64,000 nt of DNA, taken from the NCBI GenBank assembly GCA_050613775.1, contig JBODTK010000111.1, forward strand, positions 62,001 to 126,000. Reading direction: 5' to 3'. Under the pieces are notes generated by a model that ran no database searches, was not told the DNA's origin, and saw only the letters and a program-made list of their open reading frames with translations. Numbering within the stretch: the first letter of the stretch is position 1; each line of letters opens with the position of its first letter. The stretch comes from Neocallimastix sp. 'constans' (Eukaryota). Positions 1 to 14,300 of the stretch are shown one piece after another. The translations under genes and the position numbers were made by a program.

Positions 1-461
1 TATCATCATTATTATTATCATTTTCATCAACTTCCTCTTCTACATCGTTATCATTATTATTGTTATTTATTTTTTTATCTTCTATTATTTTTTCTTTATT
101 ATTATCATTATAAATATCTTCTTTCTTTTCCTTCATATAATTTAAGATTTCATTATTATTTTCATTTATATTTTGCTTATTTTTTTGATTATTTATTGCA
201 TTGTTATCTTTTGTATTGCCTTTATTTTGATTATTTAAATTATTTTCTTTTGTATTTTTTTCATTATTATTAACATTATTTTCCATTTTATTAGTGGTAT
301 CATCTTTTTTTTTTTAAAAAAAAAAAAAAAATATGCAAATTTTTATAAATTATATTAATATTTTTATAATATTAATATTAAATATATATTATTATATTAA
401 TAAAAAAAATTATAAAAAAAAATAAAATAAAATAAAATAAAATAATAAAATAATCATAATC

Positions 462-495
<34 letters not shown>

Positions 496-1949
496 TAATA
501 ATAATAATAATTAAAACAAAAAAATAAAATAAAATAAAATAAAAAATAAAAATAAATAAATTAAATTATAATAATAATAATAAATTACCATTACTATTGG
601 TATGAGAAGGAGAAGGATATTGATTTTCTAATGAATTTGTAGTATTTTGAGAGTTAGAATCTAATGCTATTTTTGAATCTATTGATGAACAAATACTAAT
701 ATTTGAAGATTGCCTTCTTGGTTGAAATGAAGATAAGAATCCAGATTTTAATATAGGTGAGGTTATAACATTGGTTCCACTATTCAATAGAAATAAAGAA
801 TTGTTATTCGTATCAGAATGGGGAGAAATTTCAATATTTGGTAATTGGCCTTTATTAATTTCCATATTATTTTTATTGTATTGAATTTCTTCCTTCATAT
901 CAATATTTTCTTGAGAAGAAGGAGTTCCTTTATCTGTAAGTAAACTACTACTCTCTGTCATATTTTCACTATTTTTATTTTTATTTTTTCTTTTTCTTCT
1001 TTTCTTTTTATTTGTATTTTTTGAAGAAGGGCTTGGCCAATCTGATATATATTTTTGAACCTTGTTTTCTCTGTGTTTACGTTTTTTTTTTTCTAAATGC
1101 TTATAATTATAAATAAAATAAAGACTTACAATAAAAGTTGTTAAACTTAATTGTGTTTTTTTTATAATTTTTCGAATGAAATAGAAGGATTCCTCATTTT
1201 CTTGTTGAATGTATTCTTCAAAATTAAAAGAATTGCTTTTATTCTTTTTTAAAGGGATTAAATTTGAATTAGATTTCAAGTTATTTAATTTTTTTTCTTT
1301 TGAGAGACTATCATTTGAATTTTCTCTTGAACGAGATTTTGATTTTCTTCTATTTCTTTTGGTAATTTTTGCTGTTTCGAATTCTGTTTCTGAATCTTCA
1401 TTAATTATATTTAAAGTTTTTATGCGTTTATCTGATTCATTAATTGACTCATATAGACAATTTTCTCCTGTAATTAATGAGGTAATTAAATTAGCAGTTA
1501 AGTCTACTAAATTAATAGGAATATCTATAAAATCATCAACTTCATTTATTTCTTTATTTCTTAAATTTGCAATAAATTTTCTATATTCTCCAAGAGGGTC
1601 ACTTAGCTTTTATTATTTTATTTTTTTTTTTTTTCAAAATAAAATAGTTTTAAATGAAAATAATAATAAATATAATAATAATAATAATAATATATCATAT
1701 AAAATAAAAATGTTATTTTTATTCTATTAAAAAAAATTTATCAATTTAAATAACATCATTAATACTAAAATAAAAATTTTATAAATAAATACGAAAATAA
1801 ATAAATAAATAAATAAACATATATATATCAATATATATATGTGTATATTGTACTTGTTTTCCTAATTTCCAAAATAATGCATCTTTATCCCGTTCACTTT
1901 GTTCTTTACGAAGTTCTTTCCTGTACTTTTTACCACCTTTTCTTCCCAT
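1..1949 (-). CDS. Spliced gene running off the left edge; possible Pho80/Pcl-type cyclin-like protein with long low-complexity insertions
   Basis: Exons 1949-1854 (MGRKGGKKYRKELRKEQSERDKDALFWKLGKQ), 1606-589 and 303-<1 join in frame at GT-AG junctions. FYFIRKIIKKTQLSLTTFIVSLYFIYNYK resembles the first helices of a Pcl/Pho80 cyclin box. The gene structure is well supported; the product call is weak because the rest lies outside the window. Confidence 0.45.
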
Positions 1950-2676
1950 TTCTTTATATATATATCATATAATCTATAATCTATATTTATTAATTATATA
2001 TATATATATATATTCTTTTTCTAATTTTATTAATGAGAGATATATGTTTAAATACTAAAAAAATTAAATGTAATTTTTTTTAAAATTACTAAAAGAATAA
2101 GGAATATTAAAATAATACAAAACTTTTATTATAAATATAGCATTATAATGAAATAAATAAAAATTGTGAAATATAATATATTTATTTATATAATTTTAAT
2201 TTAATTATTCGTTTTTCTAACAAATTAATATAATGAATTATTCAAAAGAAAATAAAGTCAAGTATTAATGAATAATTTTTTAAAAATTGTGATTATTATA
2301 ATATTAAAAAATAATTACACTTCAATTTATTAAAATAAACAATTAGTTATTGATTTTTACTACTTTATTACACTTTTAACTTTTTCTTTTAATAAATATT
2401 TTTTAAATATTAAACATTATTTTATTTAATTATAATTACATTTAAACATATTTTTTAAAGAGTGAATAAAGAAATATTAAAAATTTAATATAAAAAAAAT
2501 TTAATATGAATAAATAATTAATTTTTTACAGTACATATGATGTTAACATATATCAAAAAAATAGTTTACTTAAGTTATTTATAGGTATTTATTTATTTAT
2601 TATTTATTTATACATCAACATATTATTTATCTATTTATCTATTTATCTATTTATTTATTTATTTATATATATATAT

Positions 2677-2747
<71 letters not shown>

Positions 2748-3099
2748 TAGATTATATATTTATTTATCTAAAAATTTATTAATTCATTCATTCATTATTA
2801 AATATCTAAAATTAAGACGAACAAAAAATATATTAATTTTTTAATTTTTTTTTTATTTTTAATTATGATAATAAAATAATTAAATTAATTAAATTAAACA
2901 CATTTTTATTTAATTATTTTTTTGTATTACATTATAATTATATAATAATAATACAGAATAAAGTTAATAATTCATATTTTTTTTTTATTGTTTTGTTTTG
3001 TTGTTTTATATAATTTAATTTATATTAATCATCCATAAAATATATAATACAATTTTAAATTTTATTATTTATCTCTCTTTTAATGTTAATATCAAAAAA

Positions 3100-3144
<45 letters not shown>

Positions 3145-3175
3145 AAAAAGTAGATGTTCAAATTAAAATTGTAAA

Positions 3176-3212
<37 letters not shown>

Positions 3213-5238
3213 CCATTTTTTACAACTTTAAATTAAATTTAAATACATAAAAAAATTAATGTTAAATTTTTGATGTATAAAATTGACTTTAAAATAAGTA
3301 AAATATTACTATTATAAATATATTTATTAAAAATTTCAATTTCATAATATTTTATTATGATTATGATTATGATTATTTCTATTAAAAATAAAAGTAAAAA
3401 TAGGAATAAAAATAAAAAAAAAAAAATACAATTTTAAATAATGAATATGTCAATTAAAATAAAATAAAAATAAAAATAAAAAAAAAAGAACTGTTTTTAT
3501 TTATAGTATAATTTATTATTTTTTTTATTATTATTATTTCTTATTTTAAATTATTACTATTAATTTTATTATTATATATATATATTTTTTTTACTCTTCC
3601 AATTATTCTCCATAATATTTTTTTTTTATTTAAAATCTATTTCATATTTTAATATTTTTTATGGAACTTTTTTTTTATATATATATTTTTATTTTATATA
3701 GAATTTTCATCATTTATTAGTTAAAAATTTATACTAATAATTTAAATGACATTAGTATTAATTTAGGTTTGATTGGATACTTTTTAAATATTATAATTTA
3801 TAGTTATACCTAAAAAAAAATAATAATAATAATAAAGAGTAAATCTAATAATATTATAAATAATCTTCAATATAAATAATAATAATAAATAAGTAATAAA
3901 CAATAATGATTAAGTAATAAATGATTAAATATTAAATATTAAATATTAAATAAGTAATAAATAATAAATGAATTATAAATAATATTAATTGAATAATAAA
4001 TAATAATTAATAATTAATAATTAATAAATGATAAACGATTAAATAATAAATAATAATAAAATATACGTAATAAATAATAATAAATAATAAATTATAGTAA
4101 ATTAAATTAATAAAAAATACAAACAATAATATTAAAAAAAAAAAACTAGTCCCCAATACTCCATAGAAGATGACATCTTCTTGCCTTAGCCACTCCTGAT
4201 AGAACAAGTTATAGTGCTGGCATAACCCAATAGATCTATAGTTAGAAGAAATACTGGTAAATACATTATAATAAGTAGGTAATCCATTTCATTATTTATT
4301 AAATTCAAAAGTAGTAGAATTAATATTTTTATATTAAAGGAAATTACACATCTATCATCTATGGAAGCTATTTATTAAATAAAAATAATATTAATTAAAA
4401 TATCAAAAATATAATGATTTATTCTTTAATTAATATTTTTTTTTTATTATTATTAATTTTATTAATAATATATAATTTAATAGAATCTATTTAAATATTT
4501 ATATTTATTAATTTTTATCTATCCATATATTTATATCTATTTTGAATATTTTAATGCACATAATATTACATTTGAATCTGTATTTAAATAATTTTGTATA
4601 CATTAAATTAATCTAAACTTTTTTTTTTCTTCTTTTCTCTGTTTCCTTCTTTTAATTTAATGATAAAAATCATTTAAAACTATAATAATTAAAGTTTATT
4701 ACATCAACAGAAAAAATTAGAAAATATTTAAATTTATTAAAAAAAAAATTTATTTTTTTATATATAAATTAAAAATTTAAATTTTTTTTTTTTTTCCTTT
4801 ATTTTTCCTTTTTTCTTTTTATTATTAGTAAAATATAATATGAAAAAATAAAAATTTCCTTTAATAATTTAGAAAAAAAAAAAAGAACAGAGAAAATTAT
4901 ATAGTATTATCAGTTAGAAAAAAAAAAAAAATCATAACTTATTATCTATTATAATCAATAAATGAATTAATAAATAAAGAAGAAAAATTAAAATTTCATT
5001 TTATTAAAAAATATCTTTCAATTATTAAAAAATAATATATATATAATTTTAAAAGGAAAAAATATATATATATACTTTAATTTAACAACAACAAAAAAAA
5101 ACTATTAATAAAAAATATTGAAACATTTTTTTTTTAATTTATATAAAAAGAAATAAGCCTATTCATAAATTCATAAATAATTATTTTCTTAAAAAAAAAA
5201 AAAAAAGTAAAAAACATCAAGTAAAATATACAATTAAA

Positions 5239-6548
5239 ATGAGTGAACAACAATTAAAAAACCAAAATAATGATAATAATGATACCTACATAATTAATAA
5301 TGTAGATGCACCTTCTTCTAGTAGTAAATTAGTACAAACTAATAATAAGAACTATGAAACCTTTGAACCCTCTAATTCTAATATTGAACAACAACCTTTA
5401 TTAGATAGTTATGTAGCTATGCCCTCTTTCGGACATGTTCATTACAGGTAATGTATAAAGAAAAAAGTAAATGAAATAAAAGGAATAATAATAAAAAATA
5501 AAAATACAGTAAAATAAAAACATCAAATATATATAATTGTAATTATTATTAATTTATTATTTAAAAAAAAAAAAAAAAAGGAAAAGAAATTTTTCAAATT
5601 TTAAAATTTCATTTGAAATTTAAATTAAGAAATAAATAAAGTATTTTTATATATTAATAACAAATAATAATAATAATAAATAATAATAATAATAAAACTT
5701 CTGAATAGTATTAAATACTTCTTTTTATTTATATATAATTATTAATAAAAAAATATTAAGTTTTAACGACAAAAACAACAACAATATACCAAAAATATTA
5801 TACTTTTTTTTATGAAAAAAAAAAAAAAAAAAAAAAAAAAAATAAACAATATAAAGGGAAAGGAATAATTTTTTAAAAAAAAAAAAAGTGAATAATGTTT
5901 AAAAAATGTTTTTTTTTTTTTTTTTTTTTTTTACTTGAAAATTGAAATTTCGAAAAATGAAAAGAAAAAAAATAAATAAAAGAGATACTATTGTTTTAAT
6001 AAAAGCACTAGAAAAAATGGGAAAATAAAATAATAATAATAATAATATATAATATACATAATATATTATACAAAATATAATATATTTATAATTATATATA
6101 TATATATTAATTTAGATAATTATAATAATAATAATAAATAACTCTTGATTTTTTTTTTTTATTTTTATTTTTAACTAATATAAAATTAAAAATATTTTAT
6201 GGTTATTTAATAATATAATAATTATTAATAATAATAGTCAAAGAGCTCCATGGTTAAGAGCTGCTATTCTCGGTTTAAATGATGGACTTGTTTCTACTTC
6301 ATCTACTATGCTTGGTGTTGGTGGTGGTAGTAGTGAAAGTAAAGCTATGTTTATTGCTGGTGTTGCTGCATTAGTTGCTGGATCTTTAGCTATGGCATGT
6401 GGTAAAATATAATATATTAAAATATTTTTTTTTTTTAATTTTTTTCTAAATATAAAAATTTCCCCTCATTCTATAACTTTCTATAATTATGTCTTATTTT
6501 TTTTTACTTCGGTTATTTTATCATTTATTTATTTATTAATTAATTAAT

Positions 6549-6583
<35 letters not shown>

Positions 6584-7544
6584 GTATTATTATTATTATT
6601 ATTATTATAATTTTATGATTATTTTTTTTTATATCATTTTTTATACTGTAGTTATATATATAGAAATCATATGCTTTTTTATGAATTAAAATTTTAATTA
6701 TAAATATAATTAAGAAATGATATAGGAGGGGTTAAATATTTTTGTTTTATAAATAAAATTAAAGGAGTTAATAGATATATTAATTTAAACACTCTCTTTC
6801 TATATATATATATATATATATTAATTTTATTCTTGAGCAATTTTATTTATTATTATTATAAATATATAACATAAAATAAAATATATATAATATGTATGTA
6901 TATATAAATTTTAACAGGGGAATTTGTTTCGGTATCATCACAAAAAGATGCAGAAAAAGCTGATTTAGCGAAAGAACGTGAAGAACATCTTAAGGGACCA
7001 TTAGTAAGTGAACTAAAAAATTTTATATATTAAATAATTATCATTATAATAAATAGATTTAATGTTATTTTATATTATTTCATCAATTAATTAAATATAT
7101 AATAATATATATATATCAATTTATTAATAATTTTTTTTTTTTTATATTTTAATTAATAAAAATTTTTTTTTACATAATAATTTGAATTTATAAAAACAAA
7201 AATTAATAAATTAAAATAAAATTAAAATAGCATAGACAAAAAGAACTTGAAGAATTACGTAATATCTATATTGAGAAAGGATTAACACCAGAATTAGCTA
7301 CAGAGGTAGCACAACAATTAACTACAGATAATATAGAAGAAGTTGTAAAAATTCATGCAAGAGATGAACTTGGTATTAATGTGAACTCCTTAGCAAATCC
7401 ATTACAAGCAGCAGTTGTTTCAGCTTTTACTTTCTTTTCCGGCGGTATTATACCATTTTTATGTAAGTATAAAATAAGTAAATAATAATAATAATATTAA
7501 TATTAATATTAATAATAATTTATTATTTTATTAATTATTTAATA

Positions 7545-7589
<45 letters not shown>

Positions 7590-7980
7590 CTTTTTATTTT
7601 TTTATAAAATTAGCTTGTTCATTTATTGATGATTTCTATACCAAAGTTTGTATTTTAGTCATAGTATCTTGTATATTATTATTCCTTTTTGGTACCATTG
7701 GTGCTGTTTTAGGTGGAGCTCCAATACTGAAGGTAAAAAAAAAAAAAAAAAAAAAAATTAATTTTTCATAATTTTATTTTTAATATATATATATCTTTAT
7801 TATTATTATTTGTTTGTTTGTTTGTTTGTTTTACTCATTAAAAATAACTAAATATATTTATATATATAATTTATCAATAATAAAAAAAAAAAAAAAAAAA
7901 AAAAGGCATCCATGAGAGTTTTAATAGGTGGTATAATTGCTATGGGTGGTTCCTTTGGTATTGGTAAACTTTTTAATTAA
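5239..7980 (+). CDS. VIT1/CCC1-family vacuolar iron/manganese transporter (nodulin-21/VTL/bacterial-like subtype), 6 exons
   Basis: Exons 5239-5447, 6238-6401, 6918-7003, 7231-7462, 7614-7732 and 7906-7980 splice in frame. Family motifs are HYSQRAPWLRAAILGLNDGLVSTSS, AGSLAMACGEFVSVSSQKDAE, ELRNIYIEKGL, HARDELGI, NPLQAAVVSAFTFFSGGIIPF and GAVLGGAPILKASMRVLIGG. Confidence 0.93.
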
Positions 7981-8565
7981 CCCCGTTTAACAACAAAACA
8001 TTATTATTTTTTTTTTTTAATATTCTATTTATTATTTTATGTATCGTATTTTTTTTTTTTTTTTCATTTTGTTCTTTTTGTTCTTTCACCTTAATGTCTA
8101 TCTCCCCCACAAAAAAAAAAAATTAATAATAATAATAATAATAATAATAAAATATAGCATTTATTTTGTTTTTTAAATAAATTAATAATAACAATAATAA
8201 CAATAATTATAATAAAATATACATTTATTTATTTTTTAAATTAATTAATAATTATAATTACTCATAATTTAAAATAAAATATAAATATATATATTAATTA
8301 CATATTTTAAATAGTACAAATACTACTAGTAAAGAAAAATATATATTTATTTAAAAAAAAAATTATATATATAAAAAAAAAAAATTAAAATATAATTTTA
8401 ATTTTTATTCTATAAAATATATATATATATATATATATATATTTTCTTAATTTTCTTTCTACTTTAATAATAGAATTAATTCATCATTAAAAAAAAAATA
8501 AAATAAAAAGTGAAAATAAATAGAATTAATTCATCATTAAAAAAAAAATAAAATAAAAAGTGAAA

Positions 8566-8599
<34 letters not shown>

Positions 8600-9026
8600 A
8601 CATAATTCATAGAGTAATAGATAATTATAATAATTATAAAAAAAAAAAATCATAATTCATAGAATAATAGATAATTATATAAAATAAATATATATATATA
8701 TAGAGTTATATTTATAATTATATTTATTTTGATATATTTAAGCATAAATTTATTTAAATATAATATTGAAAATTTATCAAAAGTGTTTTACCATAATAAT
8801 TATATTAATCATATAATTATTAAAATTTTGATTATACTTTATCAATTAGTAATAATAAATACTAATAATTAAATTAATATTTAGAAAAAAATATTAAAAA
8901 AGAAAAAATAGAAAGAGAAAAAGATAAATAGTTTTTTTTTTTTTTTAAAAAAAAAAAAATAATAATAATAATAATAATAATAATAATTAAATTAATATTT
9001 AAAAAAAAAAATTAAAAAAAAAAAAA

Positions 9027-9059
<33 letters not shown>

Positions 9060-10309
9060 TAAATTAATATTTAAAAAAAAAAAATTAAAAAAAAATTAAG
9101 AAATAGAAAAAGATGAATATTTTTTTTTAAATATATATATAATATAAAGAAAGATATAAAATGGAATAAAAAAAAAATCATAGTAATATACTAATTAACT
9201 TTTTTTTTTTTTATTTTATTCAATTCTTAATTTAATCTTTTTTTTTTTTTTTTTCATAATAATAGTACTAATAATATAATTATTAATATAAATGGTTTAT
9301 AATATTAATAGTAATCTAGAAAAAAAAAAAAAAAAAAAAAAAAAATACACTATTTATTTATTAATTGTATAAAAAATATTTAAATCAATGAAAAGAAATA
9401 AAAAAATAAAAATTATAAAATAAAAAATGTTATTATTAATATATATATATATTATTTTCTATATATTTATATAATTTTTATTTAAAAAATAATTAATTTC
9501 GTTTTTAAATTACATATAATATTTTTTAAAAGTATATTTTTTTTATTTATTAAAAAAAAAAAAAAATTGAAATAACAATAAATATATAAAAAAAAAAATA
9601 AAAAAAAATGGAAAATAGAAATAAATTTTAAACTTTTCATATGATTTTTTTTTTTTTTATAGAAATTAAAGATGATGATGTATAATCGATATAGGTTATA
9701 TATTATTATATTATTATTATCATTTAGGTATATATTATTTTTTCTTTAATTGTTTTATATTTTTATCTTTTATATTTTCTTTTTTTTTTTTTCTATTTTT
9801 TTTTTTTTTTTTTTTTTTTGTGGAGATATTATATGTTTGTTTTAAGTTATTAATTATTAATTATTAATTATTATTTAATTATTTATTATTTATTATTATT
9901 TATTTATTATTTATTATTTATTATATTTATACATATTTGATTTAATTTATTTTAATTTATTTTTTTTATATTATAAAACTTTTTAAAAAATGAAATAAAA
10001 AAAAATTCGAATATCTCCAATAAAAAAGAATTAATTAATATTAATAAATATATTTAATATATATTATGTTTCATCTTAAAATTTTATTTCTTTTTTGTGG
10101 AAATGTTTTTTTTTTTTTTTTTATGCGGAGATGACTATAAACTAACTTATTTTATATTATATTTTACTATATTTATAATATTAATATTTTTATTTATTTA
10201 TAAAATAAATATAATATAGTAATATGAAAAATTAAATATAATAATAATAGTTCTATAACTTTTTTATTTTTTTTTCTTTTTTTTTTTGAAAAATATTAAA
10301 TTATTCTTA

Positions 10310-10364
<55 letters not shown>

Positions 10365-10449
10365 GAATAATAAAGGAGAAGTTTAATGTTAAACTATTAT
10401 ATACATATAAAAAGATGATAATGTAATATAATAAATTAAGTGATATAAA

Positions 10450-10495
<46 letters not shown>

Positions 10496-10873
10496 GTAAT
10501 AATAATAATAAAATAAAAATAAAATAAAAATAAAAAGTAATAGAAACAACAATTTTTTTTTGGTATATATATTTTTTTTATTTAATTTTTATTTAATTTT
10601 CTTTTTTTTTATGTGCAAGTTTTTTTTTTCCTTAACTACCTATATTTTATTTTTTTATCTTTTTTTTTATTTTTAGATAGATAGATAATAGTATATATTA
10701 ATATATTGGATAATATTGTAAATAAATAGAATTAATAAATTATTTTAGTTTTTTTTTTTTTTTTTCTATACAAATAATAGTGGCTAATTGTTTTTAAATA
10801 GAATTAATTGATTTTGTTTTTTGTTAATGCAAATTGAAATTAATTGAAAATAATTAAATTTAATAAAATTACA

Positions 10874-10904
<31 letters not shown>

Positions 10905-11215
10905 CATAAAATTAATATATAGAATTAAAATTTAAGATAAATATTATTATAAATATTAAATATATAAAATATTAATAAAAGTAAAAAATAAAAATAAAAA
11001 TTGAATAAATGATTGAAGGATTGAAGGATTGAATGAATAAAAATAATAATAATAATAATAATAAATAATTATAATAATATTAAAAATAATGGAATAATAA
11101 ATAATTATAATAATATTAAAAATAATGGAATAACGACGAAATTAATTATTTTGAGTTTTAGTTTGAGTTTTTGAGTTGAGTTTTTGAGTTGAGTTTCTGA
11201 GTTTTTGAATTTTAT

Positions 11216-11246
<31 letters not shown>

Positions 11247-11362
11247 ATTGTTTTAATAATTTATACTTTTATATATATATTAAAAGTTCAATTTTTTTTT
11301 TTATCTCTTTTCTTTCTCCTTTTTCTTTCATTTATTATATTTTCTTGTTGTCTTTCAAATAC

Positions 11363-14300
11363 TTATCCTTCTATTTTTTGTTCTTTTCCCTGTTCCTCAA
11401 AATGGTTGAATTTGAATGATGATTTTATTTCCGTTTGTTCTTCTTTTTCTTGTTCCTTAAAATGATTAAATTCAAAAGATACTTCTCTTTCTCTTTCCTT
11501 GAGATATTTCTTCTTTAATATATCTTCAATGGAATCCTTTTTTAAGAGAACAGAGGTAAATCGCTCTGAAAGGTAATTATTAATATCATGAATAGGTTGA
11601 AGATTTTCATTAAATTCATTAGAAGAATTTAAACTTAAAGAATCCGTAGTGGTAGTAGTAGGAGTAGTAGTAGAAGAAAAAGAAGTAGAAGGAATATAGT
11701 TATGGGTATAATTATGAGTATGAGTAGAATTAGGAATAGGGATAAGAGTACTACTACCATTCCATGAGAGACGACGTAACTTACGAACATTATCAGTAGT
11801 TGTCGCTACGAAATTACTATGACGAGGTATACGTAGACTAGAAGAATATTGAGGGGTATCACTACTTCTAGAATTAAAATGAAGACTTATTGATTTTGGA
11901 ATATTTTTAGAATCAGTAGTAGTAGTAGTAGTAATAGTATTAGTAGTAGCTGTAAGTGTACTTGCTGGTATAGTAGTAGTAGTAGTAGTAGTAAGTGGAG
12001 TAGTAGTATTAGTAGTAGCTGGTTGAGTAGTAGTATTAGTAGTAGTAGTAAGTGGAGTAGTAGTATTAGTAGTAGCTGGTAGAGTAGTAGTATTAGTAGT
12101 AGTAGTAAGTGGAGTAGTAGTAGTAGTAGTAGCAGTAAGTGGAGTAGTAGTATTAGTAGTAGCGGTAAGTGTAGTAGTAGTAGGTGTAGTAAAAGATGTA
12201 GTAGTACTAGTAGTAGAAGTATTAGTAGGAATAGTATGAATTATATTAAATTGATCATTATTGGTATGATGATTATTATTATTAAATAAAGATAATGATG
12301 GATATTGTCCAAATAAAGTATATTGAGCATGTGGAGAAGAAGAATAAGAGGAATTAGTAAAACTTGAGGAAGAAGTTGTTGATGAAGCAGAGGATAATAA
12401 TCTATTTCTATTTCTATTTTTAGTTTTACTTTTTGTTTTACTCTTTGATTTACTTCTATTTCTATTTCTATTTTTAAACATAGTCTCTTGTCCCTGTTGG
12501 AAATAAGTTTCTTTAACAATTCTAGATTCCAAATCTAAGGAAAGACTTTTAACTCTTTTAGGTATAAGTGATAAGAAATCTGAAGAAGTAGATGTTGATA
12601 ATTTTGATGATGATGATGATGATTTAAAAAAAGAAAAAGAGGTTTTATTACCTTTAGATCTTTTCATTTTATTTTTATCCTTAATTTCTGTAGTAGTTAT
12701 TTTTTCCTTAGAAGTAGCTTGATCATTTAGACTATTATTACTACTTCTTTCTAATATATTTTCAATGATTTCATCATCCTCTTCAATGGCATCATCCCCA
12801 AAGATTTTATCAAATTCACTTTGTTCTTCATTATCCTTCTTATCCTCACTTTTATTTTCTTTTGTTATTTCTAATTCAGTTTCAGTTGAAAGATTATAAT
12901 AATCATAATTATTATCATTTTCATTTTCATTTTTATTTTTATCTTTATTCTCACTTTCATTATCATACTTTTGATCTGAAATGGTATTAGAATTGGAATC
13001 GGAATTGGAATTGGAATTGATTGATTCATTTGATTTCATGAAACGATCAATTTCAATTTCAACTTCAATTTCAATTTCCTTTTCTTCTCCTTTTTCTTCT
13101 TTTTCTTTCTTTTCCATCTTTTCTTTCGTATCTTTCTCATTCTCTGCCTCTTCTTTTTCATTTTCTTTTTCAGTTTCATTTTCATCATAAATTTCCATAG
13201 ATTGTTGTTGTTCTTCTTCTCCTTCTTTTTCTTGTTCCTGTTCCTGTCCAAGTCCAGGTCCATTTTGTTCCTTTTCCTCTTGTTTTTTCAATAATTCTAA
13301 TTGTTTATTTTGTTTTAAGAGATAGAGCTGCTGTTTATCATAATATTCTTGTTTATTCTTTAGTTGTTGTGCCATATACTGTTGACGAAGTTGATATTGC
13401 TTAAAGAGATAGGTTTGAATACGATTATTACGTTTTCTACGTTCTTGAATGGCCTCATTCTCCTGAATGGAACGTTCCTGTAGATTCGTTATAATCTTAT
13501 TTCGTTCATTTCTCCAATTTTCATGTTCCAACATTAAATTAATGGTTTTATGGAAGAGATCTTCCACTTGATATTGAATAACATTTAACGTTGCTACTAA
13601 ATGAAGATAGGAGGAAGTAAATTCAAAATCCGTAATACTAAATTCTTTATCCTTTTCAGACGTTAAATTAGCAAAGAATTCCTTAGTAAGATGTTTAATT
13701 TCTTCATAGGAAGAAAAAAGCATATAGGATGAAAATTTTTGTTGTCGATAGTCATGTTCTATCTTTTTATTAATTTTATTGGTCATGTCACCAATACGAG
13801 TGGAAAGCATTTGCCATGAATCAGCCATAAAGGATTGAGATGGATCAAGTAGGGTAGAAGAAGTTGTAATAAGACGAGAAAGAGTATTTCCTGCCTTTTT
13901 AGAATGATACGATTCCTCTGAATTTGAATTTTCTTCATTCATTGTAGGAGAAGTAGAAGAACGAGAGGAAGAAGAGAAGGCAGGATTAGAACTAGTGGTT
14001 AAAAGTTTATTTAATATTTGTTCTTGGGTATTCATTGGATCCATTTGATCCGCTTGATCCGCTTGATCTGTTTGATATGCCTGATTCATTTGATTTATGA
14101 CGCCAGGATCATTAATTTCGGATAAAAGTTCTTTATTTTTTTCTTGAACAGTATCAATTGTTGCATAGGTTTCATTATACATTTTAAATTTCTGTTTCAA
14201 CGTATTAATAATATCATCTATGACACTTTTAACGGAGGGCTCCAACTGTTCATAAATGATATGATAATCTTTTTCAGTGAATGAACTCTTAAGATCTTGA

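Noticed and set aside
11149..11220. (TTTTGAG/TTGAG)n as a telomere-like repeat
   Set aside because: It is short, irregular and internal, most likely a simple repeat in a 3' flank.
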